Shown one piece after another: positions 36,495 to 47,849 of a stretch of 64,000 bases of DNA. The position numbers and the translations under genes are program-made. Origin of the DNA: Eukaryota sp. GEM-RC1 (taxonomy: Eukaryota); contig JAUFOQ010000016.1 in assembly GCA_040285855.1 (NCBI GenBank), forward strand, positions 620,001-684,000, written 5' to 3'. A model generated the notes under the pieces. It had not been told where the DNA came from. It saw only the letters and a program-made list of their open reading frames with translations, and did not search any database. Each line of letters begins with the position of its first letter. Within the stretch, counting starts at the first letter, position 1.

Positions 36495-36993
36495 TAGAGC
36501 TGGGCATTCGACTAGACTAAGCTTTTAGTCTAAATCGTAGTCTAATCACTTAGTCTTAGTCTAGTCCGTAGCCTGTTCATTAAGTCAGTAGTCTAGTCCC
36601 TAGTCTGTTCATTGTAGTCTGTTCATATTAAATTAGTGTGATGATTAGTCTACTATTTGTAACACAATGTCTGAACCATCTGAAAAACTGCCCAGACTTT
36701 CTTCACAACCATTGTCCCCAAAACAGAGATGGAACAATCGCCAATTCTTTAAGCCAGAAGCAAGTGGCAATCAGAAGCACTGCCTCCTTTGTGCGCTTGA
36801 TTGTTTAAAATCTTGGGCTGTTGGTGACTTCGATGTATTTGACTTCCAGTGTTTCTCTATAAAATTTTTGTTTTTTTAAATTTCATCTTTGGACAACACT
36901 ATTTAGTCTACTATTTAGTATCTTTCTCTCGTCTAAGTCTAGTCGGTAGTCAGTTGCTTTAGTCTTAGTCTAATCAGTCTGTGCCCAGCTCTA
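36495..36993. mobile_element. hAT-type deletion derivative nested in a smaller inverted-repeat element (about 36462-37045)
   Basis: Perfect TIR TAGAGCTGGGCA / TGCCCAGCTCTA. TSD CCTAATAG / CATATTAG (6/8). TAGTC arrays. Internal BED-finger-like peptide RWNNRQFFK...CLLC. Confidence 0.8.
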
Positions 36994-37048
36994 CATATTA
37001 GTCTGCCCCAGACTAATAAAAATATATACAAATTAGTCGGGATTTGAA

Positions 37049-37655
37049 TTAGAATTTAGGAACAATTTCTGCTGGGAGAATCGTTATGTCATCAGGAAGC
37101 CCAATGTAAGATAAGAGTTGAGATTCTTTTGAATAGTGGACGAGTTCTAACCAAGAGCGATTCTTCATGGCGGATTAACCCAATAGCAGCATAAACTGAG
37201 GTGCGCTGCCAGTCATTGCAGAAAGCGAAGGTCTCTGGCAGAATTCTTCCGTTGTTAGTGAAGATCACCTCTTGTTGTGAAGGGATATAACACAGTCCTA
37301 AAGTATCATTAACAGTGGCACTTGGCAAATTGAAGTCAGTTCCAGAACTTGATGCAACAAAAACGAACCATCGTCAGCGTGGTATCCAAGAGAATTGGAT
37401 TCTCAACCAGGAGCCTTAGACGTGGGGTAGCTTGACAACGTCAATCCTACTGCACAACAATAGTCAGATTCAAATCCAACCGACCAAGACACTGATTTCA
37501 AAGTAGGATATTGGAGACGAAGACGATAACGGGGAAAGGCTTTTGACACAGATCGCATCTTTTTCTAAGGTGTCGGCTTGGTGAGTAAAGACTCTACAGC
37601 CCTTTTCGACTAGACGACTATGGACCTTTGGAACAGAGGACGGAAAATCTAGCAT
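37049..37655 (-). CDS. SPRY (RanBP9/SPRYD3-type) domain protein; three frameshifts and one in-frame TGA (errors or pseudogene)
   Basis: SYFEISV, AVGL, PG*ESNSLGYHADDG, DTLGLCY, VIFTNNG, VYAAIGL. Confidence 0.7.
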
Positions 37656-38936
37656 TGTAATTTAAAAATTTGGAATTATTTTTTGTCATTCAGACACAAA
37701 TCCCTGGTTCCCATTTCTTAGAAGAAGAAGAGTGTAATCAAGAGCAGATCACGTCATCAGACAACGAGACCGCAAAGAGAAACAACTATACAGATGTAGA
37801 ACTTGGGTTTTTGAATAACAACCAGACTGCTCAATTAAATTTATGCAATTAATAATCAACGTTTTTTGTACTGTACTTATAAATGATCATACAACAATCT
37901 ACAATCTACTCTTTCAAACTGCACTAACATTGAGTTCTCTTCAGCATACATACAGGAATTCTTAGTGTACTATTATAGCATCAATAAGTTTGAAGAAAAT
38001 CAAACTTATCTCAATGCTTTACGTGAGTTGAAGCTGTCACTTTCCGACCACAAATTGAATCTCAGTTTTTCAGCTCTTACTGTTAAGCTTTGACTAAAAG
38101 TATCGGAATGAATGAGTTGTGAGATTTGCTGTTCATTGATGATCGTTTTTTCTGCTAATTTAAAAAATGATCATTGCCAGTAATTTTTTCCAGCCCTTTG
38201 CTGCAGAATATATATTTAAATATATTTCTGGGGTCACTATTTAGGTCTGAACAATACTAGCCTCGATTAAATCTTCCGGTATTGAACTTCGTCAACATTA
38301 CTCTGACTCAAAATAATGAGATATACTAGTAGATGTTGAATGTAGTACATGTATATGGTGAAAACAGATTATGATGTACATGTATAACACCATTTATCTT
38401 TCTATTTTGTTAAATTATCAAAACTATTGATAGAGTTGCTAAGATGATATACTAGTATTTCCATTCAGTTACAATACGAATGGCCCTGTTTCTTCCTCAA
38501 CGTCAATTATTGTAACACGGTGATTGCTTTCTTTGGATCGAGACAAACACAGCTATCGCAGATCGCAGATTACATTTGATCCTTGATTCTGGGCGGTAAA
38601 TAGCCAACTTGTAGTACTAGTGACACTAAACGGTTCACTTAAAACTCGAATTAGCACTTTGAAAAATATTCAGTTGGCTTTTGTAGTGGGAAATACATTT
38701 TTATGTGATAAAAAACTATGAATAAGTGAAGAAAAAAGACAATCTAAGTTAACACCCCTAGTACTAGAAGTTACAATAAATCAGAGCATAAGTACAATAA
38801 TAATCGAATTTAAAATTACTACTGTAGTTACACACATAAAGCCGAAATTCAAAAATATACAATATAAACAGAAAATATACAACAAAAACTCCTAAATGTG
38901 TGAATCAAACTAGTTACAGTCCCAAGTTGACAAGGA

Positions 38937-40917
38937 TTACGTCTTAAAACAAGAATTAAAAAAATCGAGTGCTTCTTCCAACGACTTCCCTTCAAAATCA
39001 GGAACATCCAATGTCTCAACATCCAAAGTACTCTCCACAGCAATAGACTTAGAAGCCAGAACATCCCTAATCTTAACCATTAAAGACTCTGTGACATCTT
39101 CTTCTATTTCATCCTCAATTTCATGTGAAATCTGGACCAATATGGAGTCAGTAGACACGTGTTCCTTGTGGTTTTGAGAAGGTTCAATTTGACCCTCAGA
39201 AAATGATTGAATGAGAGCTGTCCATTGGAAAGGAGTGAATGTGGAAGGTTTGCTGGGTTTAGGCTGAACAGGATCCTGTAGTAGGGAAAATTGGGAAAAA
39301 TTTAAAATATTTGGAGATGACAGGGCTGACATAATGTTACTAAACTTTGCGACATTATTAAGATTAGCCAGAAACAACACAAAAGATTCAATAAGTTCTC
39401 TGGTTTCCACATTAACCGTCTTTAAACTCGCTAAAAGTCTATAACATGAATAATTACAAAACATTCCAGAGTACTTCTGTAATATTAGGTAAGTAAAGCT
39501 CACTATTGATCTAACAAACTCCAAATTCAATGAAGGATCTCGAACAAGAACTATTAATTGAGAATAAATTAAAAATAGAATAGAATTAACAAAAGGCCCC
39601 TTCTCTGATAAAGTTTTAATGTGTACGTGGCAAAGTCTTGAAAGCAGTGAGTTAATTTCAACATCCAAAGCAGATATTCTCTTAAGAAAAAGGAAGAATG
39701 AAACGAGTAACCGATCAATTCTTAAAAAGTCATGAGCCTGACTCTCAATCACTGCAATCAAATGACGTGTTAAAGAACCAGCGATTAAACCTTGATCCAA
39801 AGCGACGTATTTTGAGGAAACAAGACTGTAGAGAAACGAAGAAAACAACTTAACAGGGTTTGAAGGGATAGTCTCCAAAGGATCAAAATCACGGTCAATA
39901 ATGCCTTGAAATTGCGAGACTTCAACAGAAGTAGGTTCGTTAGATTCAAAGGTTGTGATAGTTTTACACAACATTCCAAAGTAATCATGATTTAAAGAAA
40001 TAATGAATGAATGATCAACAAACAAACAAAAGTGTAGCAAATTATCCAAAAATAAACACAAATTTGAAGTTTCAAATTTACTTGGACAATTTGACAACAC
40101 GTGTTGCAGAGAAGCTTGTATAACTCGTTGATTCTTGGTTTTGACTAAGAGATTTGTTACAAAGGACATAGTTGATAAATCATCTTCCTTAATAAAACTC
40201 GAGTAAAAAGTGTCAATAAAGGTTCTTGCCCCAATGACACCTGATTGGTTGATTAGATTGATTATGAACCAGTAAACGTGACATGATAGATCATCTGATG
40301 ACATTTCAAAAAACTTTCTAGAATCGACAACAGATAAATCAAGAATTTTGAGCTCTACTGATTGATACTCCTTGCCAAAATCAGAGAAGAAAAGAGCACA
40401 GAGAGGCAAAAACGATGGATAAGTACTCGAAAAAGGATTGATTGAGAGTTCTGGAGATATCCGCAAGTAAATGAAGAGAAACAAAAGCTGCAAAAGGATC
40501 TGTAGAAGTTATTTGAAGAGCAAAATGTTCAATAAACTCAGTGATTCTTCGTACATGACGTGAAGAGTCCTTCTTGACAAAAGAACAGAGGCAACGAGCA
40601 GCGTAGAAGTGGTGGTTGTGCTTGACGAGACATCTGATAGACCGAATTACATGAAATTCAAAGAGATTTAGATCTGGGGAGTTGTTAATCATGGAAGTAA
40701 TGAGATTAGAAGCTAGTTCAATTTGAGCAGCAGGTCGATGTCTCGTACATAGACTGACGATGACTTCTTCTAAGTGTTGGGCAATTTGCTGGAGTCTATG
40801 AGGATGTGTTGTGAAGTATGTGATAAATTCGGAGAGGGCTTCGTCAGTTCCTAACCTAAGAGAGTTATCAGTTACTCGACGATATCGAGGGTTGGCTTTG
40901 CCACAGCAAGCCCCCAT
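38937..40917 (-). CDS. EFR3: EFR3-like protein (PI4KIII-alpha plasma-membrane anchor), one frameshift
   Basis: N-terminus MGACCGKANPRYRRVTDN...YFTTHPHRLQQIAQHLEE matches the EFR3 acylated Cys motif and PRY motif. Helical body. Shift near 40410. Confidence 0.75.
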
Positions 40918-40931
40918 GTTTACTTGAGAAA

Positions 40932-41783
40932 ATGATCAAAGATTTGCTTCTTGAGTTATATTAACAAACACGTGCTCTACTTCTACATGTTTCTCACGGC
41001 TTTGTTGAAAGTACTTTTTCCTCCAATCCACTGTCGCTTGATGCACAGTACTTTTTCTGGGTATTTTTCGGATTCGGATGTTGCCTTTTGATTTTCTTCG
41101 CGAGCCACCTTCTGATGTGTGCCCTTTCAGTGGCATACACCAAACAGTTCAACACTGTTCAACGGGCTGAATGTAGAAGTCGCGCAGTCTCCTTTATTCA
41201 TGCTTACACCCTCTTTTTCCTTTGTGTCTTTCTTATCTTCATGGATCCAGACAAGGAGCTCCTAAATAACCCAGGGTCCGGCCTCCCCAAGCACACTCCT
41301 CTGGTTGGCTTCTCCACCGGATATTTCATCTTTGATCTCCTCGTCATGTTGTTCTACGGACCCCCACTTCTCTCCTTCATCTTTGCACTTCATCACTTAG
41401 TCTGCATATTTGGTTGGACCTACCTTTTCCTCACTCGTAATGGAATCTTCTTCCCAATTTTCCAATCCCTTTGTGAGTTCTCTAATATCTTCGTTTCTCT
41501 TCATTGGTTCTATTGTAAGGCCGAAGGATGGAAGAACAGTAAGGCATATATTGTAAATGGAGTTATGTTGTGGATCTCCTTTGTGATTTTTAGGATGTCA
41601 ATGTTGCCTTGTACTTTCTACATAATCTATAGAGACTTTCCGTTTGATTATTTATTGCCTTTTAATCTGGGTTTTTTGATCTTTGCTACTGTTGTTTTAA
41701 ATGTAATGAATTTGCTCTGGTTTAGTAAGATTTCCCAGGGTTTAATCAAGTACGCCTTTGGAAAGAAGAAGAAAGAACATTAG
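40932..41783 (+). CDS. TLC (TRAM/LAG1/CLN8) domain membrane protein; start uncertain
   Basis: RAVSFIHA, STGYFIFDL, ALHHLVC, CEFSNIF, NGVMLWISFVIFRM, LNVMNLLWFSKI. The start is either ATG 40932 (needs TAA 40962-64 to be an error) or ATG 40987 (needs one extra base). Confidence 0.85.
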
Positions 41784-41883
41784 TATAGGTTTTTTCAAAT
41801 GTTTAATTTAAAAAAATGTTTGTGAATGATCTTCATAGTATAATACCAATATTTACATCAACAATACACATAAACAAAATAAA

Positions 41884-43466
41884 TTACAACCATAAACTCA
41901 AATCCACATCGTTTAAAACTAAAATCATTTTCTGAGTAAGAATTTGAACAACAGTTGAAAACGTCTTTGCAATATTCGATCCCACGACTAAATCAATCAA
42001 ATCAATCGACACCAATATGATAGACAAAATACCGATTAAAGGGATCAACGCTGTCCCCATCAACAAAGCTGATCCAACTCCACGAATTCCAATAGTATTC
42101 AGAGCCAACATCAAAGAGTTCACTGTCAAAGTGGTAAGACTGCCCCCGTTAGATACATAGCCACCGAAAGTCCATCAGTAATGTATCTGGCCGAGGTCTG
42201 AGTATAGCCACTCTTTAAAAGCTTGGAGTGGAGACTACTCAGGGTTTCGTTATCCACTATAGAGTCAATTTCACCCATTAATTGTCTTGAGAATCTGTAT
42301 CTTTGGAATTTGGCCATTCTTTCTAAGAATTCATTCTCAATTTGTTTTAACTCAGCTGATTCAATAACATCGCTAATCAGACTGGAATTGGAAGGTGATT
42401 CTGTAACACAGTTTCCAAATAAGAGAATCAAGCAACGTTTCAAAAGTTTGAACCAGTTTGTATCTCCAGTGAACGGCAACAACTCATGTGTCTCCCTCGA
42501 AAGTGACTCCAATCGTCGCGTGATCTCCAATGACAACACGTTACCCGTCTCTAACTCATGAGCTTCTTTCCAACTCAAGCTCAGAGTGCAGGCAAGTTGG
42601 ATACGTTGAGTTCCCGACATTGAAGCAATGATTAGTTGAGGAACTTTGAATCCAGGAAGAAGCTCTGATTGGTGTTGATCTAGACGATCAGTGAAGAGTT
42701 GTTTGCAATCAGATAGAGAGAAGTCGTTGAGATGGGGCTCGAACAAGGCCATGTCACTCTGAATACGAATCCAAGGAATGCCTTCATCACAAGAGAGGCA
42801 TTTAGACTTGGAGAAGAGACCAGGAACTTTGGAGGCACCTGAGGGACAGGAATTACAGGTTGAGGTGAAGTTGTAACAAGAAGAGCAGCGAAGAGACTTT
42901 TCACTCACTTCGACATGAGTTGATTCAGAAAAGCAATGTGAACAGAAGTAACGGTGCTTTGGAAGAGGTTCAGACCAATCAGTAATGGCACCAGAACACA
43001 TGTGACATTGGTTTCTGAGGAAGGTTGACATGGGAGCCATTGAATTACAGTCGCTTGAGGAACATTGAAGAGTTAGACTCTGACACTGTGGGTTTGTACA
43101 ACAGTATATAATGGGACCAGTTGCTGATTTACGGATGTATTGATGTTCAGTGACATCCCGACAGTGAGAACAACGACCTACGAATACTAGATCATCAACT
43201 ATGTCATCATCTTTCCAGTTTTGGACTAAACCCTTATGTTTGAAACAAAGTTCATCATCATAGCGTGGAAGATGTCCAAGAGGAGGATATCCTCGAGCCA
43301 TGTTGGTGCAAAGACGACAGTGAACAGTTCTACGTTGACATTCCGAACAGCAAAAAACTGCACGCCGAAGAAAATTGAGTTGAACGCGATTATGATCCGT
43401 TTGTTGGAAACACCAACTGCAGTAAGCAGTAATAGTAGATTTCTTCCGTGAGGCGAAACGAAACAT
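41884..43466 (-). CDS. Cys-rich multi-zinc-ribbon protein with C-terminal hydrophobic segments, one frameshift
   Basis: Three repeats beginning CSWC/CSHC, each with several CxxC pairs. Shift near 42128. Likely start MFRFASRKK at 43466. Confidence 0.65.
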
Positions 43467-43518
43467 TTGAAAGGAAAAAGGGAATCGAACCAGGACAGGA
43501 ATCTTCATCCTGTTATAC

Positions 43519-44057
43519 ATGTCTACAATTGACATCCTTACCGCCCTTGTAGAGGCTCATGAAGCAGCTGCAGATTCTTTAAAGATGTCACTGCAGAAAC
43601 TTCTTCATACATCGTCTTCTGAAACTGTACAAACCACCTCCAGTACAACAAAATCCGAGAAGCAACGATCTACAACCCGCTCATCTACTCCTGTTGTTTC
43701 CACAGATCCTACTCCGCAACCCTACGAACCTGTTCAATGGGATGAATTGGAGCTGTATTATCTTAAATATGCTATTGTTGTCAAACACTTTACCTCCCCA
43801 ATGGTATATATCTATCACCCTTCTCACAACAGGCCATCTCTAATTACATTCGATGTTCAATGAATTCTTCTATCACGAAAGCAGATGTTGAACATAAAAT
43901 TAGTGTTCTTCGTAAGGATGGAACATTACATGAACCACCAGTGTTACCAGAATCGCTGAAACCTAATTCTGACGATTCTCAGGACAAAAAAAGAAAAAAG
44001 AAGAAGAAACGTAGAAGTGGCGAGGGCAAAGAAAGTAAGAAGAGTAAGTCTGAATAG
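43519..44057 (+). CDS. Small hypothetical nuclear protein (169 aa), 29-nt intron 43804-43832
   Basis: Splicing joins ORFs 43519.. and ..44057 in frame (TSPM^AISNY). Lys-rich NLS-like tail. Confidence 0.75.
43804..43832 (+). other. 29-nt spliceosomal intron
   Basis: GTATATATCTATCACCCTTCTCACAACAG. Removal fuses two out-of-frame ORFs. Confidence 0.8.
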
Positions 44058-44273
44058 TAGTTTTTCTCAAGTTGTAGTTTTAATAATCTAAAAGTAGTGT
44101 TCCTCGTTACTATCAAAGAATACTGTATCTAATCCAAATTTATTTGCTGTGGACTGCTTTGGGTTGGAACCAATTGTGGCACTTGTATTGTGGTACATGT
44201 AGATGTCTGTAGATGTGTTGTTGTGACTATAAGCAGAAAATTTGTTGTGTTTTCAATTGACAAACTTTTCTTC

Positions 44274-44903
44274 ATGCAGGCCACAACTCCTCCAGATCCC
44301 TGTCAACCCCCCTCTCGTACCTCTGAACTTCATTGTAAATACTGGACTTGGACACCTCCAAGGAGAAGCACTCTCCAAGTTCAAGGCTGGGTTTGGAAAC
44401 GTCAACTTGATATTCGTAAGCAACTACTTGTGAAACAGGAAGAAGAAGCTGCTGCCACTTCAAAAGCTCTCATGGAACGTCAAGCTTCTTATGAGAACCA
44501 AATTGGACTTCTACGATCAGAACTCTCTAATCTTGACAGTACTAAGATGTGCTATTTCAAACTAATCAAACACATCATCACGAAAGAAGCACATGAGAAG
44601 GCTGTTCAACAAGCAGAAACTGCTAGGCAATCACCTCCCCAGTCTCCTGAACCTTCTACTGAAGGTAAAGATCAAACAAAGGAGTACATGAAGGTCCGCA
44701 AGACTCCCACCAACTTCCGTCCCTTCAACGCTTGGAGGGGGCCTCAGGCTGGTGGTTCTAAGAGAGGAGCTCCCTTCAGAGGTAGAGGTAGAGGGCGTGG
44801 TTTTGGTCGTGGTAGAGGCTTTGGGTTTAGGGGAAAGAGAGGTTTCTCTCATCAAGAACAACCTGGTACTGCTCCTAGACCTGCTTGGGGTGCTAGGACT
44901 TAA
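44274..44903 (+). CDS. Coiled-coil protein with C-terminal RG/RGG-rich tail
   Basis: ATG at 44274. FRGRGRGRGFGRGRGFGFRG. Confidence 0.7.
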   Translation: MQATTPPDPCQPPSRTSELHCKYWTWTPPRRSTLQVQGWVWKRQLDIRKQLLVKQEEEAAATSKALMERQASYENQIGLLRSELSNLDSTKMCYFKLIKHIITKEAHEKAVQQAETARQSPPQSPEPSTEGKDQTKEYMKVRKTPTNFRPFNAWRGPQAGGSKRGAPFRGRGRGRGFGRGRGFGFRGKRGFSHQEQPGTAPRPAWGART

Positions 44904-45286
44904 TTAGTCTGGGTTAGAGTAATCCTAGTTTTAATGGAATCTAGTATTTATTGCTGGAAGAGGACAGCTCTTCAGCTTGGTTTTTTGTGTTTATATTGTA
45001 TTTTGCTTGATGAGTTTGGACCTTTTGCTATGTGAGACGATGCTTGTGATTAATATCGTTTTTTTGTTCAAATACCGTTATCAAGCACTATTGAAACATT
45101 GTACTTTTTGAGTGAATTATTCACAAATTAAAAGTTGAACATTTCTGAATCCGTTAAGGATGTTCAATATGTAGATAAATTGTTATTATTGAACAAAACA
45201 ATGTAAAATCACTTAACTATTGAACTGTTTAATAGAGTGTTTAACAAACACCAAATGTCTAAAACCTATACAAAAACTAAATCAAA

Positions 45287-46747
45287 TCAAACTAAATCCT
45301 CAAATAAATAATCTAATAAATCTTTCCGAGTATTCACAGAATATCCCAAAGACTTCCGTACACCAACACTCCACTGTAGCAGAGCTTTCTCAGTAGAAGA
45401 AACTCTATACCGAAGTTCTGAAATATTTAAATTTAAAACCTTGCACAGTGACATCATTATTAAAAATATTGATGGATGTTCAATAGTATTCAGCTGATTC
45501 TTGTATCTAACATAGCAATCTGAAGGATTTGAGGGAGAGATATCAACAGAAGATTGACCTCTGACTGTGGATGAACTGTCAGGTGTAGGATCTGGGATTG
45601 TCCTTGACCAGCAATAATGGGAATTATTAAATTTTAAAGTATTAAAATAATCAATCCATTTTGAAAAAACTGATGAGGATGAAAACGAGGAAGATTGACC
45701 AAAGAAACCAGATTTAAAGGAATCAAATGTCTCAATTTGTGAGTGATAGCTCTGGTATAAAAGATTTGTGGACATACTAAAATCACAGTCAGAAAACAAT
45801 GAAACATTGGATTTCACCAGAAAACTTTTAAAAATTGATAGAATTTCAGAAAATCCAGGAAGCTCTAGATATCCAATATCGTGTACAAAAGGTTTTTGAT
45901 TGGTACTTGGGAATGAATGCCCGTACAACAACTTCACCAAAACAATAACCAGCGATGAAGAGAAAAGATTAAAAGAAGTAGGTAGAATCCCAAGGGAACA
46001 CGATTCCTTCACTGGAACAACGATTCGAGATAGCCTTAGAAGCAGTCGAAGGAAGAGAGGAGGAAGAGAGAGTTGGTGGTGAAGAAGATAACAGGAGAGA
46101 GAGGAGTTGCAGGAAGGAAGATGCAGGGAGAGAACTTGACAGAGAGTAAGAGATGAATGCCAAATGAGTCCTTCATTGAGGGAAGAGTGAACGGCAAAGT
46201 AGGAGTGATCAGCTGATAGGCGTAGACGGGAGGGGAGAAGTTTGCGGGAATGGTAGAGAGGTAGGGAACCAGAAGCAGCTAGTTCAAGAAAGAAAAGCGG
46301 AGTGTAAGGTAGTTTAAGCCATACAGAAGCAGTGAGGAGAAAAGAGACGGTGTTGGTTACTGTTATTGGGAAATTAGCTGCAGAAGACACGGATCCTGAA
46401 GCAGTGCGCTCCAGAAACGAGAACCATAGATCGAAAACAGCAGTTCCATAAGAAGGAGGAAAACTGTGATCGTTGATGAGAACGGATATTTGAAGTTGTA
46501 GGATGAACTGGAAGGCTTCTAGTAGGTCACTGTGTTTGATAGGGGATGGACGTAGTCTTTTTATCCGGGACTTGGCCTCTTTGTGGTATTTGACGGTTTT
46601 GTTGGTTTGAAGGGCGGCATCAAACTCAGAAATCTCTAGTTCATTGATCTCTTCGAGTTGTGTTGCACAGAGCCGACAGACATAATAACCCAATTCTGTT
46701 AGAGAGAACTGGGAGCCATTACAGACACGACAAGAAAGCTTAGCCAT
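45287..46747 (-). CDS. TAF1B: TAF1B/RRN7-like RNA polymerase I initiation factor
   Basis: N-terminal zinc ribbon CRVCNG...GYYVCRLCATQ, followed by EAFQFILQLQ...VFDLWFSFL cyclin-fold-like region. Confidence 0.7.
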   Translation of the reverse strand: MAKLSCRVCNGSQFSLTELGYYVCRLCATQLEEINELEISEFDAALQTNKTVKYHKEAKSRIKRLRPSPIKHSDLLEAFQFILQLQISVLINDHSFPPSYGTAVFDLWFSFLERTASGSVSSAANFPITVTNTVSFLLTASVWLKLPYTPLFFLELAASGSLPLYHSRKLLPSRLRLSADHSYFAVHSSLNEGLIWHSSLTLCQVLSLHLPSCNSSLSCYLLHHQLSLPPLFLRLLLRLSRIVVPVKESCSLGILPTSFNLFSSSLVIVLVKLLYGHSFPSTNQKPFVHDIGYLELPGFSEILSIFKSFLVKSNVSLFSDCDFSMSTNLLYQSYHSQIETFDSFKSGFFGQSSSFSSSSVFSKWIDYFNTLKFNNSHYCWSRTIPDPTPDSSSTVRGQSSVDISPSNPSDCYVRYKNQLNTIEHPSIFLIMMSLCKVLNLNISELRYRVSSTEKALLQWSVGVRKSLGYSVNTRKDLLDYLFEDLV

Positions 46748-47099
46748 CCATGTAAGTTTGTGGTTTTACAGCAAATTATTCAGTAGTTTATCGTGCAATC
46801 TTATTTGACACAGTACATGTATCACTTTAACTAATTAGCCACACACACTTATAGACTCTGGTACTGTCAGTTGATAAAATTAAACAGAATGTGATTTAAT
46901 AATTTATTTCAATACATGTATCGTTTTATACCTTCTAAAGTGAATCAGTTGGATCAAAGATATGTATATCTCCTACAAAATCTCTCTGTGTTATATTTAA
47001 ATACACTTTGACGTTAAAGTATTTTTATGTACAAAGACCAAGTAGTAAGATTAAAACGGATTTATGTGCGGAGAAAAACACACAACAAGAAAACAACAA

Positions 47100-47430
47100 A
47101 TAAATTAAGACTACTAAAGCAAATTATCAAACGAACTACCTAATTCCGAAAAGTAGTTGCCTCGAAACAACTTGGACAAAATGGAATCAACATATCTATA
47201 CATCGACTTAAAAAATTGAAAAAGCAAATTTACTCTTCCACTCAGTACGATCTGTTAAATTTCTTACCAAATTTTGAACTCAAATTTTCAAATACATTTG
47301 AAAACTCCTTTGTAGAAGAACCGAAAATACCGTACAAAGAATCTACAAAAGGCTGAAAGACGATAATATTGTGTCTTCGTGAATTCAATGCAGCAACTTG
47401 ATGTACATACTTTGATACTTAAGATTATAG
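47100..47430 (-). mobile_element. RLE-type non-LTR retrotransposon 3' remnant
   Basis: SKYVHQVAALNSRRHNIIVFQPFVDSLYGIFGSS...GKKFNRSY. Confidence 0.65.
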
Positions 47431-47849
47431 ATACAATTGCTGAAGAAAATCTTGAACAGTACGCTTAAATCTCTACCATTTTGAGCTAGTTTTGAACAAT
47501 CTGTTTTGGGAGTATTTAAGTGGAATATTTACTCAGCTCAACGAATTTCCAGAAGAGACAATGACATGATATCTACAACTCGCTAATTCCAATGTTTTGC
47601 AGTTATTGAAAGGTGGTCAGAAGATAAAATACATCTAGCTAGAGTTTATAATGAATTTTTGTATGTACATATGTATACCTCCAAGTTCGATAGATTTACA
47701 TTCTTTATTACAAATTTAAAGACTGCAATGCAAACGACGAAAAACATTCACCAAAAAACAGACTAATCTTTAAAAAGATTAACTGTACATACAAGAAAGA
47801 CAATAATGTCAATAAAGTTACAAGTGCCAATTAGAACAAAAAAAGATAA

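Noticed and set aside
36507..36981. TAGTC repeat arrays (and CGTGTTA arrays at 57.5-57.8 kb) as CRISPR- or telomere-like repeats
   Set aside because: They are irregular short motifs bounded by TIRs and TSDs, consistent with transposon subterminal repeats.
629..40964. Stop-codon reassignment (TAA/TAG = Gln as in hexamitid diplomonads), suggested by in-frame stops at 629, about 27083 and 40962
   Set aside because: Conserved C-termini end at TAG/TAA (MetAP2 RGDDY*, proteasome beta7, thiolase) and long genes contain no internal TAR. Two of the cases lie in decayed sequences and the third has a frameshift alternative.
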